Positions 1 to 9,126 of a stretch of DNA of 58,645 nucleotides are shown piece after piece. The notes under the pieces are model-generated. The model saw only the letters and a list, made by a program, of their open reading frames with translations, was not told the DNA's origin and did not search any database. The translations under genes were made by a program, and so were the position numbers. The stretch comes from Candidatus Altiarchaeales archaeon ex4484_2 (GTDB lineage Archaea; Altiarchaeota; Altiarchaeia; IMC4; QMZM01), in NCBI GenBank assembly GCA_002254565.1, contig NJEG01000001.1:1-58645 (forward strand). Reading direction: 5' to 3'. How positions within the stretch are numbered: the stretch's first letter is position 1; each line of letters begins with the position of its first letter.

Positions 1-630
1 GAACATCCTGACACCATGGGCTTATCTATCGGAACAAGACCAGACTGTCTCCCGGAAGAAGTATTGAACCTGCTCCAGGGATACGTGGAATCAGGTTATG
101 AGATCTGGGTTGAACTGGGGCAACAGTCCATGCATTACCATACCTGCGAGCAGACAAACAGACAGCACGGCATCTCAGAGTTACTTGACGTGATAGGAAA
201 GGTACATGAGAGAGGCATACTGGTTAACCTGTTCACCATCCTTGGACTCCCATACGAAACCCCCTCAGAGATGATAGAAACAGCGAGGATATTATCTGTG
301 GTCGGCGCAGACTCGATCAAGATCTACCCGCTGCTGGTGATGGAAAACACTCGTCTGGCCGCATACTACCAGCAGGGTAGATACAGGCCGTTAAGCAGGA
401 CTGAATACATCAACCTTGTGGCGGACTTCCTGGAGCATCTCAGCCCAAAGGTGTTAATCCAGAGAATATCCAAGGATGCTGGAGTAGAGAAAAAGAAAGC
501 CCCCGAATGGAACACCCACCGCTTCCTGATTGGGCCTGAAATAGAGAAGGCATTATCCCTCAGAGGAACACTACAGGGCAGCAGACACAAGATTGGATTA
601 ACAGTCGAGGAACTGAATCCGATAGACTAA
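1..630 (+). CDS. radical SAM protein, TIGR01212-like (5' end outside window)
   Basis: The frame is open from base 1 (EHPDT precedes the first Met at 16). The translated C-terminal half (GLSIGTRPDC...LGLPYET...IKIYPL) resembles the barrel back-half of the TIGR01212/ELP3-related radical SAM group. The CxxxCxxC motif would lie upstream of the window. Confidence 0.6.
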   Translation, partial: EHPDTMGLSIGTRPDCLPEEVLNLLQGYVESGYEIWVELGQQSMHYHTCEQTNRQHGISELLDVIGKVHERGILVNLFTILGLPYETPSEMIETARILSVVGADSIKIYPLLVMENTRLAAYYQQGRYRPLSRTEYINLVADFLEHLSPKVLIQRISKDAGVEKKKAPEWNTHRFLIGPEIEKALSLRGTLQGSRHKIGLTVEELNPID

Positions 631-1526
631 ACCCAATAGAAATCCATATCCCCCTTTAACCTAAGGAACTCATTCACTTTAATAATCCTGAGAGGTTTCC
701 CGTCAACCATAGCCTTCTTGTTGGCTGTCTCATAAACCAGGTCGGAGATTTTCTCTGCTGTTTCTCTCTGGCGGCAGAGGGCAACAACAGTGCCTTCCTT
801 GTTTGCGGTGGCAGTCAAAGCGCCCCTGGATAAAACATCCTCCAAGCCATTGGAGAAGAAAAACAAGCCATAGAGTTTCATCGCAGAATAAAGATTACCC
901 TTCAACGCCTCATCAAAGACTACCTGGGCCTCGTTAAGGAAGAAATCAGTGTCCACTCCACCCCTCCTGGAATCCCCCGGAAGCAGCACAGCAGCATACA
1001 GGGACTCCATCTCACCACGCCTTAATACAGTCTTCCGGCTGTTGTCAGCTACTATGAAACCTCCGTAGAGGGATGAGAAAAACCTGTCGAATCTCAAATC
1101 CCCAGAAGAAACATCCCTCAACAAATCCAGGAAATTAACGAAGGAGCCATCTATCTCAAAAACCTGCTCCCTCACGTATTTATCAATCCTTAACTCATAA
1201 ATCGCGCCATCAGCCCTAGACAAAGCCCCGCAAAGGGAGAGCATAATGGAAGATGAAACCGCTTCATCAAAACCCAAACCCACCCCCTGAGGAATTCCCG
1301 TCTCCACATGAACCCTACAACCATAATCCCTTCCGAAATAATCCAGTGTATTCTTTACTACATCCCTGAAGCGGGAAAACGAAGAATCCCTGAAGGTAAT
1401 CTTTTTATTCCCCGTTAATTTAACCACCGCATTAGACAGGTAATCCAGGGCAAAAACAGCAGATTTGCCTTTGAAGGAGTTAGCTATCTCCACAGTGGAA
1501 TACGAGAAGGCCGCGGATTCCATCAT
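627..1526 (-). CDS. GHMP-kinase superfamily protein, probable archaeal-type shikimate kinase
   Basis: 299 aa. VKNTLDYFG, a degenerate GHMP motif (GIPQGVGLGFDEAVSSS) and SLYGGFIVADN match my recollection of the Methanocaldococcus GHMP-type shikimate kinase. Its start overlaps the pckG stop (ATGATGGA). Confidence 0.5.
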   Translation of the reverse strand: MMESAAFSYSTVEIANSFKGKSAVFALDYLSNAVVKLTGNKKITFRDSSFSRFRDVVKNTLDYFGRDYGCRVHVETGIPQGVGLGFDEAVSSSIMLSLCGALSRADGAIYELRIDKYVREQVFEIDGSFVNFLDLLRDVSSGDLRFDRFFSSLYGGFIVADNSRKTVLRRGEMESLYAAVLLPGDSRRGGVDTDFFLNEAQVVFDEALKGNLYSAMKLYGLFFFSNGLEDVLSRGALTATANKEGTVVALCRQRETAEKISDLVYETANKKAMVDGKPLRIIKVNEFLRLKGDMDFYWV

Positions 1527-3388
1527 CCACCCAGTTTATCAGGGGTGATATAATCCCCGTATTTTTTACGTGCCTCCAGAAGACGCTGCCTCTGCTCCTC
1601 CAGCACCCTGAAAACCTCACCGGGGGTTGAGGGAATTTTTTCCCTGTAGATGTTCACTATACGGTCAATCTTGGAGAGGTTCTCTGACACTCGGACAGTG
1701 AACTGCTCAACGTAATCCTCCCTTGAGTAGTCTTTACCTAGTACCTCCCTGAACAGATTCCTTAAATCAACGTACTTAGGTATCCTGCCGGTTGGTGTCT
1801 CTATAGCCTCAGCCTCCCGGTGAGCCCTCAACTCCATCCACCTAAGCCATACCTTCTTGTCTTTCTTGTCGTTCAGGAATCTCCCCCTCTCGTCCTTTAG
1901 AAAATAGTTCACGGAGAAGATGGGAGGTGGATTCTCCAAACCTGAACCGAAGACGATGTTGTTTTTGATGTACTCGCCAACGGAGATGGAAATAAAATCC
2001 AGATTGGACATGGGATTAAATTTCCTTATGCCTACCTCACCCAGTGTTGCCGCAGTAGTCTCGGACTCCAGCGAGGCGCCCATGGAGACAATACCATGAA
2101 GCCAGTTAAAGGATTCCTGAACGGGCACTGATGTGTCAGAATCCCTGCCCCCATAGATTATGCCACCAACCTTAACACCCTCAGGGTTTTCGAGATTCTC
2201 ATCCCTGTTTCTGAGCAACTCTATCTTGAAGGTGAACCTGGAGTTCTTGTGGGATATTGGGATTTCATTACCGTCTTCATCGATTTTTCCCTCAAACCAA
2301 TCCCCCGAGAAATTAAAGCCCTTCTTTGGATGAACCCCGTCCTTGCTGCTCCAGTAGGGCATGTTGTCAGCACCTACCAAAACGTTGGAGAAGATAATCT
2401 CCCCCTCATTATTTAGCGTATCCCAGAGGATGGGCTCCTCCCTGGAGGTTATATCGTTTATTATTCCAAAAACACCCCGCTCCGGGTTAACTGCCCTCAC
2501 CTCGTCTTTGTTTTTGTGGAGGTAGACTAGGTCGTCTCCGATTATGCTTTCCCCGTCCATCATAGAAGTTGATGTTTTCCCGCAACCAGAGGGGTAGGCG
2601 CCAGTAAGATAAGTCTTCCTCCCACCCGGACCGCTGATGCCAACGATAAACATGTGCTCAGCCAGCCAACCTTCAAGGGAGGCTCGTTTAATCGCTAAAC
2701 GAAGAGCTAGCTTTTTTAATCCGATAGTGTTACCCCCATATTCCGTGTTGGTTGAGTAGCTTATTCCATCATCCGTGTCGATGTAGATTCTCCTCCGGGA
2801 GTAATCCAGTTCAGCTACCGAGTGCACGAAACGAAAGAATCTGCTGGATTCATCTGACTTTAGGAATGTCTGGTAGCCGTTCCTGTACAATAAGTCTTCA
2901 CTGTGCATGACATAGGCTGAATCAGTAATCTGAACTGCTGGAATGGAATACTCTGAACCCTCAGGTCCAAGAACGAAGAAACCCACATACATTGTATGCC
3001 CAACCATGGAACCATTAAGTATATCCCTTACCTCCTGGAATCCTTCCTCCTTATCCATGGAATAGATGAGGGGACCTAAGTCCATTCCCTCGGGGACAAG
3101 AAACCGTGTGTGCTCTTTATCTCTTGCCTGATCATGGAAACCATCGAAGTGGATGGTATGTCCCTTGAGGGCCAGGTCTCTCTCCTCCCCATCATTTAAG
3201 GCCTTATCCCGTATGAACTGCATATCCTCTTCGGAATCGGAGCGGATGAAAACCCGATCGGGTTTGCAGAGACTTACGTACTCAGCTATGAACTCGTGTA
3301 GTTTCTGGTTATCTATTGCAAAAAGTTTTTCATAGTCTTCCTTAGCCAGTTTCTCTTTTAATAAATCAGTGTATGCCATATAGTTCAC
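1523..3388 (-). CDS. pckG: phosphoenolpyruvate carboxykinase (GTP)
   Basis: 621 aa with the kinase-1a P-loop YPSGCGKTS. Length and overall layout are typical of GTP-dependent PEPCK. Confidence 0.9.
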   Translation of the reverse strand: MNYMAYTDLLKEKLAKEDYEKLFAIDNQKLHEFIAEYVSLCKPDRVFIRSDSEEDMQFIRDKALNDGEERDLALKGHTIHFDGFHDQARDKEHTRFLVPEGMDLGPLIYSMDKEEGFQEVRDILNGSMVGHTMYVGFFVLGPEGSEYSIPAVQITDSAYVMHSEDLLYRNGYQTFLKSDESSRFFRFVHSVAELDYSRRRIYIDTDDGISYSTNTEYGGNTIGLKKLALRLAIKRASLEGWLAEHMFIVGISGPGGRKTYLTGAYPSGCGKTSTSMMDGESIIGDDLVYLHKNKDEVRAVNPERGVFGIINDITSREEPILWDTLNNEGEIIFSNVLVGADNMPYWSSKDGVHPKKGFNFSGDWFEGKIDEDGNEIPISHKNSRFTFKIELLRNRDENLENPEGVKVGGIIYGGRDSDTSVPVQESFNWLHGIVSMGASLESETTAATLGEVGIRKFNPMSNLDFISISVGEYIKNNIVFGSGLENPPPIFSVNYFLKDERGRFLNDKKDKKVWLRWMELRAHREAEAIETPTGRIPKYVDLRNLFREVLGKDYSREDYVEQFTVRVSENLSKIDRIVNIYREKIPSTPGEVFRVLEEQRQRLLEARKKYGDYITPDKLGG

Positions 3389-4014
3389 CGTGAACGGAGC
3401 AGTGATAACAAAACTATTGCTAGAACAGCCACTATAATAATAAGAATGGGGATATAAAAGAGGCCTCCTCCGATTTTCTCTAGAGGGGCTGTTGTGGTCG
3501 AAGAAGACATTGTCGTCGAAGATGATGTGGTGGTGGATGAAGAGGTGGTGGTAGATGAAGATGTTGTCGTCGATGAAGAGGTTGTCGTCGATGAAGAGGT
3601 TGTCGTCGATGAAGAGGTTGTTGAGGTCAGGGTTGTTGATGTTGTTGTAGTTGTTGGAGGAGAAACAGTAAACACTAAAGACTCTTTGATTCCTCCAAAA
3701 TTTGCCGTGGCAACATACCGTCCATCCCTGATCGGTTTGAGATAATACTTCTGATCCAGATTAGCCATGGACGGTCCTCCAACACAGAGAGAGCACCCGG
3801 TTCCTACAAAAGTCTTAACCAATTCATACCTGTTTGGCTCACATTCTCTCTCAACAAGAAAAGACCCGGTCACCACCTCATCACTCTTTATGATTAGATG
3901 GAAATAAATCCCATCTCCCAGAGTTAAATTGGTTCCGTCAGCCGTCAAACTCACCTCTGCACCACTGACGCACAAAGATAAAAAAATTATCGCCAGAAAA
4001 ACCTTCCTCATCAT
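3385..4014 (-). CDS. secreted, C-terminally membrane-anchored protein with Ser/Thr-rich stalk
   Basis: N-terminal Sec-type signal (MMRKVFLAIIFLSLCVSG), a globular domain of about 100 aa, a 57-aa S/T tract, then one C-terminal TM helix (FYIPILIIIVAVLAIVLLSLL). Its stop overlaps the pckG start by 4 nt. Confidence 0.7.
   Translation of the reverse strand: MMRKVFLAIIFLSLCVSGAEVSLTADGTNLTLGDGIYFHLIIKSDEVVTGSFLVERECEPNRYELVKTFVGTGCSLCVGGPSMANLDQKYYLKPIRDGRYVATANFGGIKESLVFTVSPPTTTTTSTTLTSTTSSSTTTSSSTTTSSSTTTSSSTTTSSSTTTSSSTTMSSSTTTAPLEKIGGGLFYIPILIIIVAVLAIVLLSLLRSR
3490..3660 (-). repeat. 18-nt (SSSTTT) tandem repeat inside the CDS
   Basis: There are three perfect copies of gttgtcgtcgatgaagag at 3563-3580, 3581-3598 and 3599-3616. 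Degenerate copies flank them and together encode (SSSTTT)n on the minus strand. Confidence 0.9.
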
Positions 4015-4038
4015 TTCAAATGTAACCCCAACATAGAT

Positions 4039-5619
4039 TCATCCAAACATTAACAGTTCAGGCTTAAATAACAGTATCAGACCAAGGGAAATCATTATAA
4101 TACCGCCCACGAGCTTTAGTATCCTGCCCTGTTCCTTACTCATCCTCTCAGACTTGAATGCGTAAATAAAGCTCCCCAGGATGGCAAAGAGAGGGAGGGT
4201 GTAGATTGCACCATAAAAGAGAGTATACACTAAATGCATTACGCCAATGGGCTCAGGATAGTTAGCCAAGAGAACCTCAATATATTCCATCGGCAATATG
4301 AACGTGCACCCTAGTTCAATAATGTTAACCAGGGTAGCCAGAACCATTGTTGCCAAAACAGCAACAAGAAACTCCCGCTTCGACTGGGCTCTGTTCACCT
4401 TCTGCACCAGCTTCCCGGCTTTCCCGTAGACCCTCTTCGAGTTCTCATCGGACATAGTAAGTGAGATGCCCTTCTTGAAGAAGAAGAAATCTTTCATGTT
4501 TATCACACCAGCGGTTAACGCAACCAAAGCCACCAAAATTCTAATATACTCATGGAACCCGCTTAATAGGGTGGATCTGACAGTCAACAATAGTATGATG
4601 AAAAGAGAATATATGAAACCGGAGGTCAGGATGAACACGGAGCCGATTACGAGCATCTTCTTCCTGGAGCGGGTGTGGGTTAAAAGCGATAAAAGGAAAG
4701 CTAGAACAGCGAAAGCGCATGGATTGAAGCCGTCAGCTAAAGCTAGGACGAACGTGAAACCCGGGAAAGATAAGCTCTTGGCAAATGATAGAACATCCCC
4801 CGTCGGAAGGCTTTGGGAAACAACGAAGAATACCACAATAACCAACAGGAATAAACCGCTGACCCAATACTTGTGTTCTATGCGCTTTCTGAGCAGGGCA
4901 TAAGATAGGGCATATAAAACAAAAGCCACTAGGATAATCTCCATCATCCTGTTTTCCCCAAGGCTGGAGGGCTTCTCCACCCCCGTCACTGACTCTCGTG
5001 GAATTCTCGAATCCAATACCTCCCCTGTTTTGGCGTTGACGTCCACTAACACGTTAGGATAATCCATGTTTGATAAAATCCTATCCCTTGTCCACCAACC
5101 CACGCGATAGGTTTCGTTCACCAGGTTAATGGTATATTTAGATTCAGGGTGCTCTTTAAGAAGCGATGCCACCTTAGCATCCGCCCGGGATATATCCACC
5201 GCCTCACACTCGCAGATTAACGGTGCAAGATCCATCAACTCTCTTATCTCATTCTCCAACACATTAGCGTAGCCATAGTAGGCCTTGTATGATTCGTACC
5301 ATTTAAGCTCCCCCCCATCTGCCGTGAAACCGATGAAAGGCTTATCTCCTATAAATGTTCTTGGGACACCAACGGGGATTGTGTCATAGCTCAGGGCTAA
5401 TTCCTCAAAAAGTTCATTGCTGTCTTCCACAGGATATCGTTCAACCTCCAGCCGAGGATACCTGTCCTCGAGCTCGTTCAGGAAAACATTCTCTCTGGCG
5501 CAGTGGGGGCAGGTCTTGCTATAGAGAAATTGTATGGTTACCTTCTCGCTATGGTTTATCTGGGTTGCTGCCGTTGAAACCAGAACCAGAATCAATAATA
5601 AAAAAACCTTCTCATTCAT
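4039..5619 (-). CDS. secreted thioredoxin-fold (CPHC) domain fused to a CcdA/DsbD-like polytopic membrane domain
   Basis: 526 aa. Signal peptide, then YSKTCPHCARE (CxxC in a Trx-like context), then a PepSY-like segment (VLVDVNAKTGEVLDS). A multi-TM region follows with membrane-embedded Cys motifs FNPCAF and ELGCTFILP, as in CcdA/DsbD-type electron conduits. Confidence 0.6.
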   Translation of the reverse strand: MNEKVFLLLILVLVSTAATQINHSEKVTIQFLYSKTCPHCARENVFLNELEDRYPRLEVERYPVEDSNELFEELALSYDTIPVGVPRTFIGDKPFIGFTADGGELKWYESYKAYYGYANVLENEIRELMDLAPLICECEAVDISRADAKVASLLKEHPESKYTINLVNETYRVGWWTRDRILSNMDYPNVLVDVNAKTGEVLDSRIPRESVTGVEKPSSLGENRMMEIILVAFVLYALSYALLRKRIEHKYWVSGLFLLVIVVFFVVSQSLPTGDVLSFAKSLSFPGFTFVLALADGFNPCAFAVLAFLLSLLTHTRSRKKMLVIGSVFILTSGFIYSLFIILLLTVRSTLLSGFHEYIRILVALVALTAGVINMKDFFFFKKGISLTMSDENSKRVYGKAGKLVQKVNRAQSKREFLVAVLATMVLATLVNIIELGCTFILPMEYIEVLLANYPEPIGVMHLVYTLFYGAIYTLPLFAILGSFIYAFKSERMSKEQGRILKLVGGIIMISLGLILLFKPELLMFG

Positions 5620-5626
5620 CTTTCCT

Positions 5627-6517
5627 TCATAGATACATGGGCAAAAGCCTTCTCACGAACCTTGCAAGATAGTCTAGGCCATCATGGGGATGATCGTAGA
5701 CAAGCAAGATAGATAAAGCAACCAACAAGACAATGAATCCATTAAGCCACTGCCGGTCGCTTATCTCTACCCGGATTTTTTCCTTCACCCTCCGGGAGTG
5801 AGAATATATTATATAGGAAACCAGGTAAATAAAAATGCTTACATAAGCAATAAAATCAGATAGCATCGACTCTGTTCTGGGAACAGAAACACCCTCCTCT
5901 AATCCGGACGGGTGATGGGACTCAATAACCAACCCTGTTGATGAATTCACTTTAACCACCACATCAGGGTAAAACCTCAAACGGGAGTTATTCCACCAGG
6001 CAACCAAGTAGATGCCACCTGTAAAATTAACGGTAGCGAAGCAGTTACAGTCCCTCTGGATGAAATACTTGACCAGGGAATCGTTCCCTGAAATATCCAC
6101 TGCGTTATAAATGGAAACATTATCTCCCCACCCCATCACATGCAATAAGACAGCATCCTCTATCACCCTAGGGTTCCCTAAAAAGGCATGATAGCGATTA
6201 GAGTATAACAAGTAATCAGCGTCATCATTGAATCCGATAAAAGCAGCATCCCCCACATAAGTCTGTGGAGTGGAGGTTCCATTAATGCCATAATAGCTGC
6301 TTAATTCAGATATATACTCCTCATCTAAGGCAATATTAAGGTACTCCACACCAACCTCTTTATAGGTGATATCAAGGTCTTTCAGGAAGGCTTTCTCAGC
6401 CCCACAGTGAGGGCAAAGGTCACTGTAAACGAAGTATACTGTAACATTTCTGCCGGCATCAGCTGGATTAGAAAATAACAGAAACAAAAAAAGAAAAAAC
6501 ATTATCTTCGAGAACAT
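5627..6517 (-). CDS. secreted thioredoxin-fold (CPHC) protein with C-terminal TM segments; short paralogue of 4039-5619
   Basis: 296 aa. Signal peptide, YSDLCPHCGAEKAF, the same PepSY-like middle segment (VVVKVNSSTGLVIES), then 2 TM helices. It lacks the CcdA-like domain. Confidence 0.6.
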   Translation of the reverse strand: MFSKIMFFLFLFLLFSNPADAGRNVTVYFVYSDLCPHCGAEKAFLKDLDITYKEVGVEYLNIALDEEYISELSSYYGINGTSTPQTYVGDAAFIGFNDDADYLLYSNRYHAFLGNPRVIEDAVLLHVMGWGDNVSIYNAVDISGNDSLVKYFIQRDCNCFATVNFTGGIYLVAWWNNSRLRFYPDVVVKVNSSTGLVIESHHPSGLEEGVSVPRTESMLSDFIAYVSIFIYLVSYIIYSHSRRVKEKIRVEISDRQWLNGFIVLLVALSILLVYDHPHDGLDYLARFVRRLLPMYL

Positions 6518-6521
6518 GATA

Positions 6522-8075
6522 TCACTCCTCTTCCTTGAGTTCTCCTATGATCTTTTTGGGGTCGCCGTTTTTCTCCACCAAGCTAACCAATGAATCCTTG
6601 TCTAAATAGAAACTGTTCATTATAGCACCCATCTCCTCAATCTTTCGGGTATTATTTTTGACCAGCCATTCAAGGATGTTCTTTTTGGTGTCAAGGTCCT
6701 CGTTTATTTCCTCTGATGTGAAGCCGGTGTTTCTCTCAATCCTCTCGAACAGGGTTATATCCTCTGTATTCCGGTCGTAGGTCACATCTATAGTATCCTC
6801 CCGGGAATTCCATCTATAAAGTATGTGAGGTATATATCGGACCTCCCTCTTCGGCACCTCAGGGTCATGTATGAGCTCACCCATTTCATAAACCCTCCTG
6901 ATGCCCCGTCTCCTGTCCCTGAACATGACAACGTTAAGGTGGACGGCGTCCAGCATGCTCTCAGCTATATTAATGGGTGGGTTTATTAGCCGGGTTATGG
7001 TCTGCTCGCAGGTGTCCGCGTGCAATGTCCCATAAACAGAGTGTCCCGTGTGCATGGCCTCAAATAATACCTCCGCTTCTTTCTTTTTCCTGATCTCCCC
7101 CATAATAATCCGGTCAGGCCTCATCCGTAGGGAATTAACTACTAAATCAAGCATTGTAACCTCACCCTTGCCTTCAGGGTTCGGCTGTCTGGTGGTCAGA
7201 GGACACCAGTAAAGGAAGTGAGGCAACTGCAGCTCCCTGGTGTCCTCGATGGATATAATCCTGTGATTTGGCGGGATGAATGGCATGCACACGTTCAGGA
7301 AGGAGGTTTTACCTGAGCCAGTGCCCCCTGAGATAAGCATGTTCATCTCGTACTGTATCACCAGCCAAATCAGAGCCAGAACCTCAGAGCTGGCAGTCTT
7401 GTTCTTAATGAAATCAGCTGCAGTCCATGGGTCTCTGGCGAATTTTCTTATGGTAATGGTACTGCCTTTGCTTGCAATAGGCATTAATATGGCATTAGCC
7501 CTGTCCTTGCTCAAAAGATACGCGTCAAGCATTGGTTCAAGGTTTGATATCTCCCTCCCAACCCTCCTTGCAATAATACTGGCGTAATTAACAATCTCCG
7601 ACTCGGATTCAGAATAGAGGTTGGTTTTAATCCAACCGAAGCCCTTATGGTATATGCGTATAGGCTCTTTAGACGAGTTAATAACAATTTCTTCGATGTT
7701 AACATCATCCAGCAGGAATTCAATATCCCCCAAACCCAACAGGTCATGGACTAAAGTAATCATGAAGTGGTCGGTTATCCGCTCATCCAGCTGAGGCAGC
7801 TCCTCCTGTATAAGCACCTTGGCCTCGGACTTAAACTGCTCTTTAAGGCCTTCCATCATTTTAGGGTCAAAGAACTCACTCTTTGTCACCTCGATAGCGC
7901 CAATAAGTTTCTCCTTGATGTCGTCCAGCAAGGCCAGGGTAGCGATATCCACATCAGGGATGTTAAGCTTATAAAAGGGCATTAAATCTTTCTCAACTAC
8001 GTCGACTGCTACAGGAATACCCTCTGTTTCTATCTTATATCTTTTCAGAATTTTCTCCTCTCCTTCCCCTGTCAT
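6522..8075 (-). CDS. type II/IV secretion-family ATPase (archaeal FlaI/PilB/VirB11-like)
   Basis: 517 aa with Walker A LISGGTGSGKTSF, IISIEDTRELQL, RPDRIIMGEIR and HTGHSVYGTLHA. This is the standard motif set of GspE/FlaI-type hexameric ATPases. Confidence 0.85.
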   Translation of the reverse strand: MTGEGEEKILKRYKIETEGIPVAVDVVEKDLMPFYKLNIPDVDIATLALLDDIKEKLIGAIEVTKSEFFDPKMMEGLKEQFKSEAKVLIQEELPQLDERITDHFMITLVHDLLGLGDIEFLLDDVNIEEIVINSSKEPIRIYHKGFGWIKTNLYSESESEIVNYASIIARRVGREISNLEPMLDAYLLSKDRANAILMPIASKGSTITIRKFARDPWTAADFIKNKTASSEVLALIWLVIQYEMNMLISGGTGSGKTSFLNVCMPFIPPNHRIISIEDTRELQLPHFLYWCPLTTRQPNPEGKGEVTMLDLVVNSLRMRPDRIIMGEIRKKKEAEVLFEAMHTGHSVYGTLHADTCEQTITRLINPPINIAESMLDAVHLNVVMFRDRRRGIRRVYEMGELIHDPEVPKREVRYIPHILYRWNSREDTIDVTYDRNTEDITLFERIERNTGFTSEEINEDLDTKKNILEWLVKNNTRKIEEMGAIMNSFYLDKDSLVSLVEKNGDPKKIIGELKEEE

Positions 8076-8130
8076 TTTGGAAACAATAGAATATATGTTC
8101 AGCTGGAAATAAAAGATATCAAGAAACTCA

Positions 8131-9096
8131 CTACTCCAAAGCCCTTATTTCAGAATCCCCTATTGCGGAATAATGCAGTTCCACAAGATTATGGTCCTCC
8201 AGAATGATAGCCCACTCCTCAATCTGCGACCTCTTGACGCCGAGCGTTTTAGCTAATCTTTCGTCGATTTTAATCTTCTTCCTTTTCCTCACAAGCTCGA
8301 GAAGCCGGTCTATTGGAGTGTGTACCTTCTCCCCCCCAACAACCGTCTTCTTACTCTTTTCAGCAGACTTTGTTTTAATCTTACCAATCCTCTGTTCGCT
8401 CTCCAGATCCCTAGCTCGCTTCTTCTTCAACCGCTCCATATCCTCCATGCTTGACTTAGCACCTAAACCAGCCATGAGGTTCGTGAAGCCCGCACCCCCT
8501 GATTCTTTGGATTCAACTAGTTTATCGTACACGGTCCCGGTTTTTCTCTTGAAGGGATCCTGTGTTTTAGCAAGCTCCAGAAGATTAAACCTCTTCCTAC
8601 CCCCTGATATCTGAGGAATGTTGAGTATGTTAACCCCCTCCCTGGAGTCCTTCTTTGATGCAACCCACTTATCCATGAGGTACTTAACCTTTAATCCTGT
8701 GCTGCTGAGTGATAGGGGCTTCTCCAAGATAGCGTTTTTGTTCTGCTCTACTGCTAGATCAATATCACCTTCATCGAACTGAAATAACTCCATACCCCCC
8801 TTTGAGCCAGCAAGTTTGTTTTCTATAGCCTTCATAGCATCATCACCCTGGATAGGCGTTCCCAGATACTCGCAGGTGGCACCGACGACATCTCCTTTCC
8901 GGATGATAAAGCTTGCGTTGAATATATCACCATCAATATCTCCAGATAAAACCATGATACCCTCAAACTCTTTTTTCAGTCCCTCGACAGTCTTCAAGAA
9001 GTCTTCTTTGCTCTCAGCAACAACCTTCTTCCCCTTAACCTTCTCTTCTCTAGGTTTCCCGCCCTTCTTCCTCTCAACCTTAGCCCTGAGACCCAT
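8131..9096 (-). CDS. hypothetical protein with DUF4388-like N-terminal region and C-terminal winged-helix-like segment
   Basis: 321 aa. The N-terminal pattern (IMVLSGDIDGDIFNASFIIRKGDVVGATC...GDDAMKAIE...MELFQFDEG) resembles DUF4388/PATAN-type modules. A basic linker follows. The C-terminus (LAKTLGVKRSQIEEWAIILEDHNLVELHY) looks wHTH-like. The assignment is tentative. Confidence 0.35.
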   Translation of the reverse strand: MGLRAKVERKKGGKPREEKVKGKKVVAESKEDFLKTVEGLKKEFEGIMVLSGDIDGDIFNASFIIRKGDVVGATCEYLGTPIQGDDAMKAIENKLAGSKGGMELFQFDEGDIDLAVEQNKNAILEKPLSLSSTGLKVKYLMDKWVASKKDSREGVNILNIPQISGGRKRFNLLELAKTQDPFKRKTGTVYDKLVESKESGGAGFTNLMAGLGAKSSMEDMERLKKKRARDLESEQRIGKIKTKSAEKSKKTVVGGEKVHTPIDRLLELVRKRKKIKIDERLAKTLGVKRSQIEEWAIILEDHNLVELHYSAIGDSEIRALE

Positions 9097-9126
9097 GGTA
9101 TCCCACAGAAGATGTGGATTAAACAG

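Noticed and set aside
3494-3745. Plus-strand ORF translating as (VVVDEE)n. Similar ORFs are at 20526-20822 (+) and 54471-54752 (-).
   Set aside because: These are mirror-image low-complexity ORFs on the opposite strand of Ser/Thr-linker coding tracts. The opposite strands have signal peptides and domain context.
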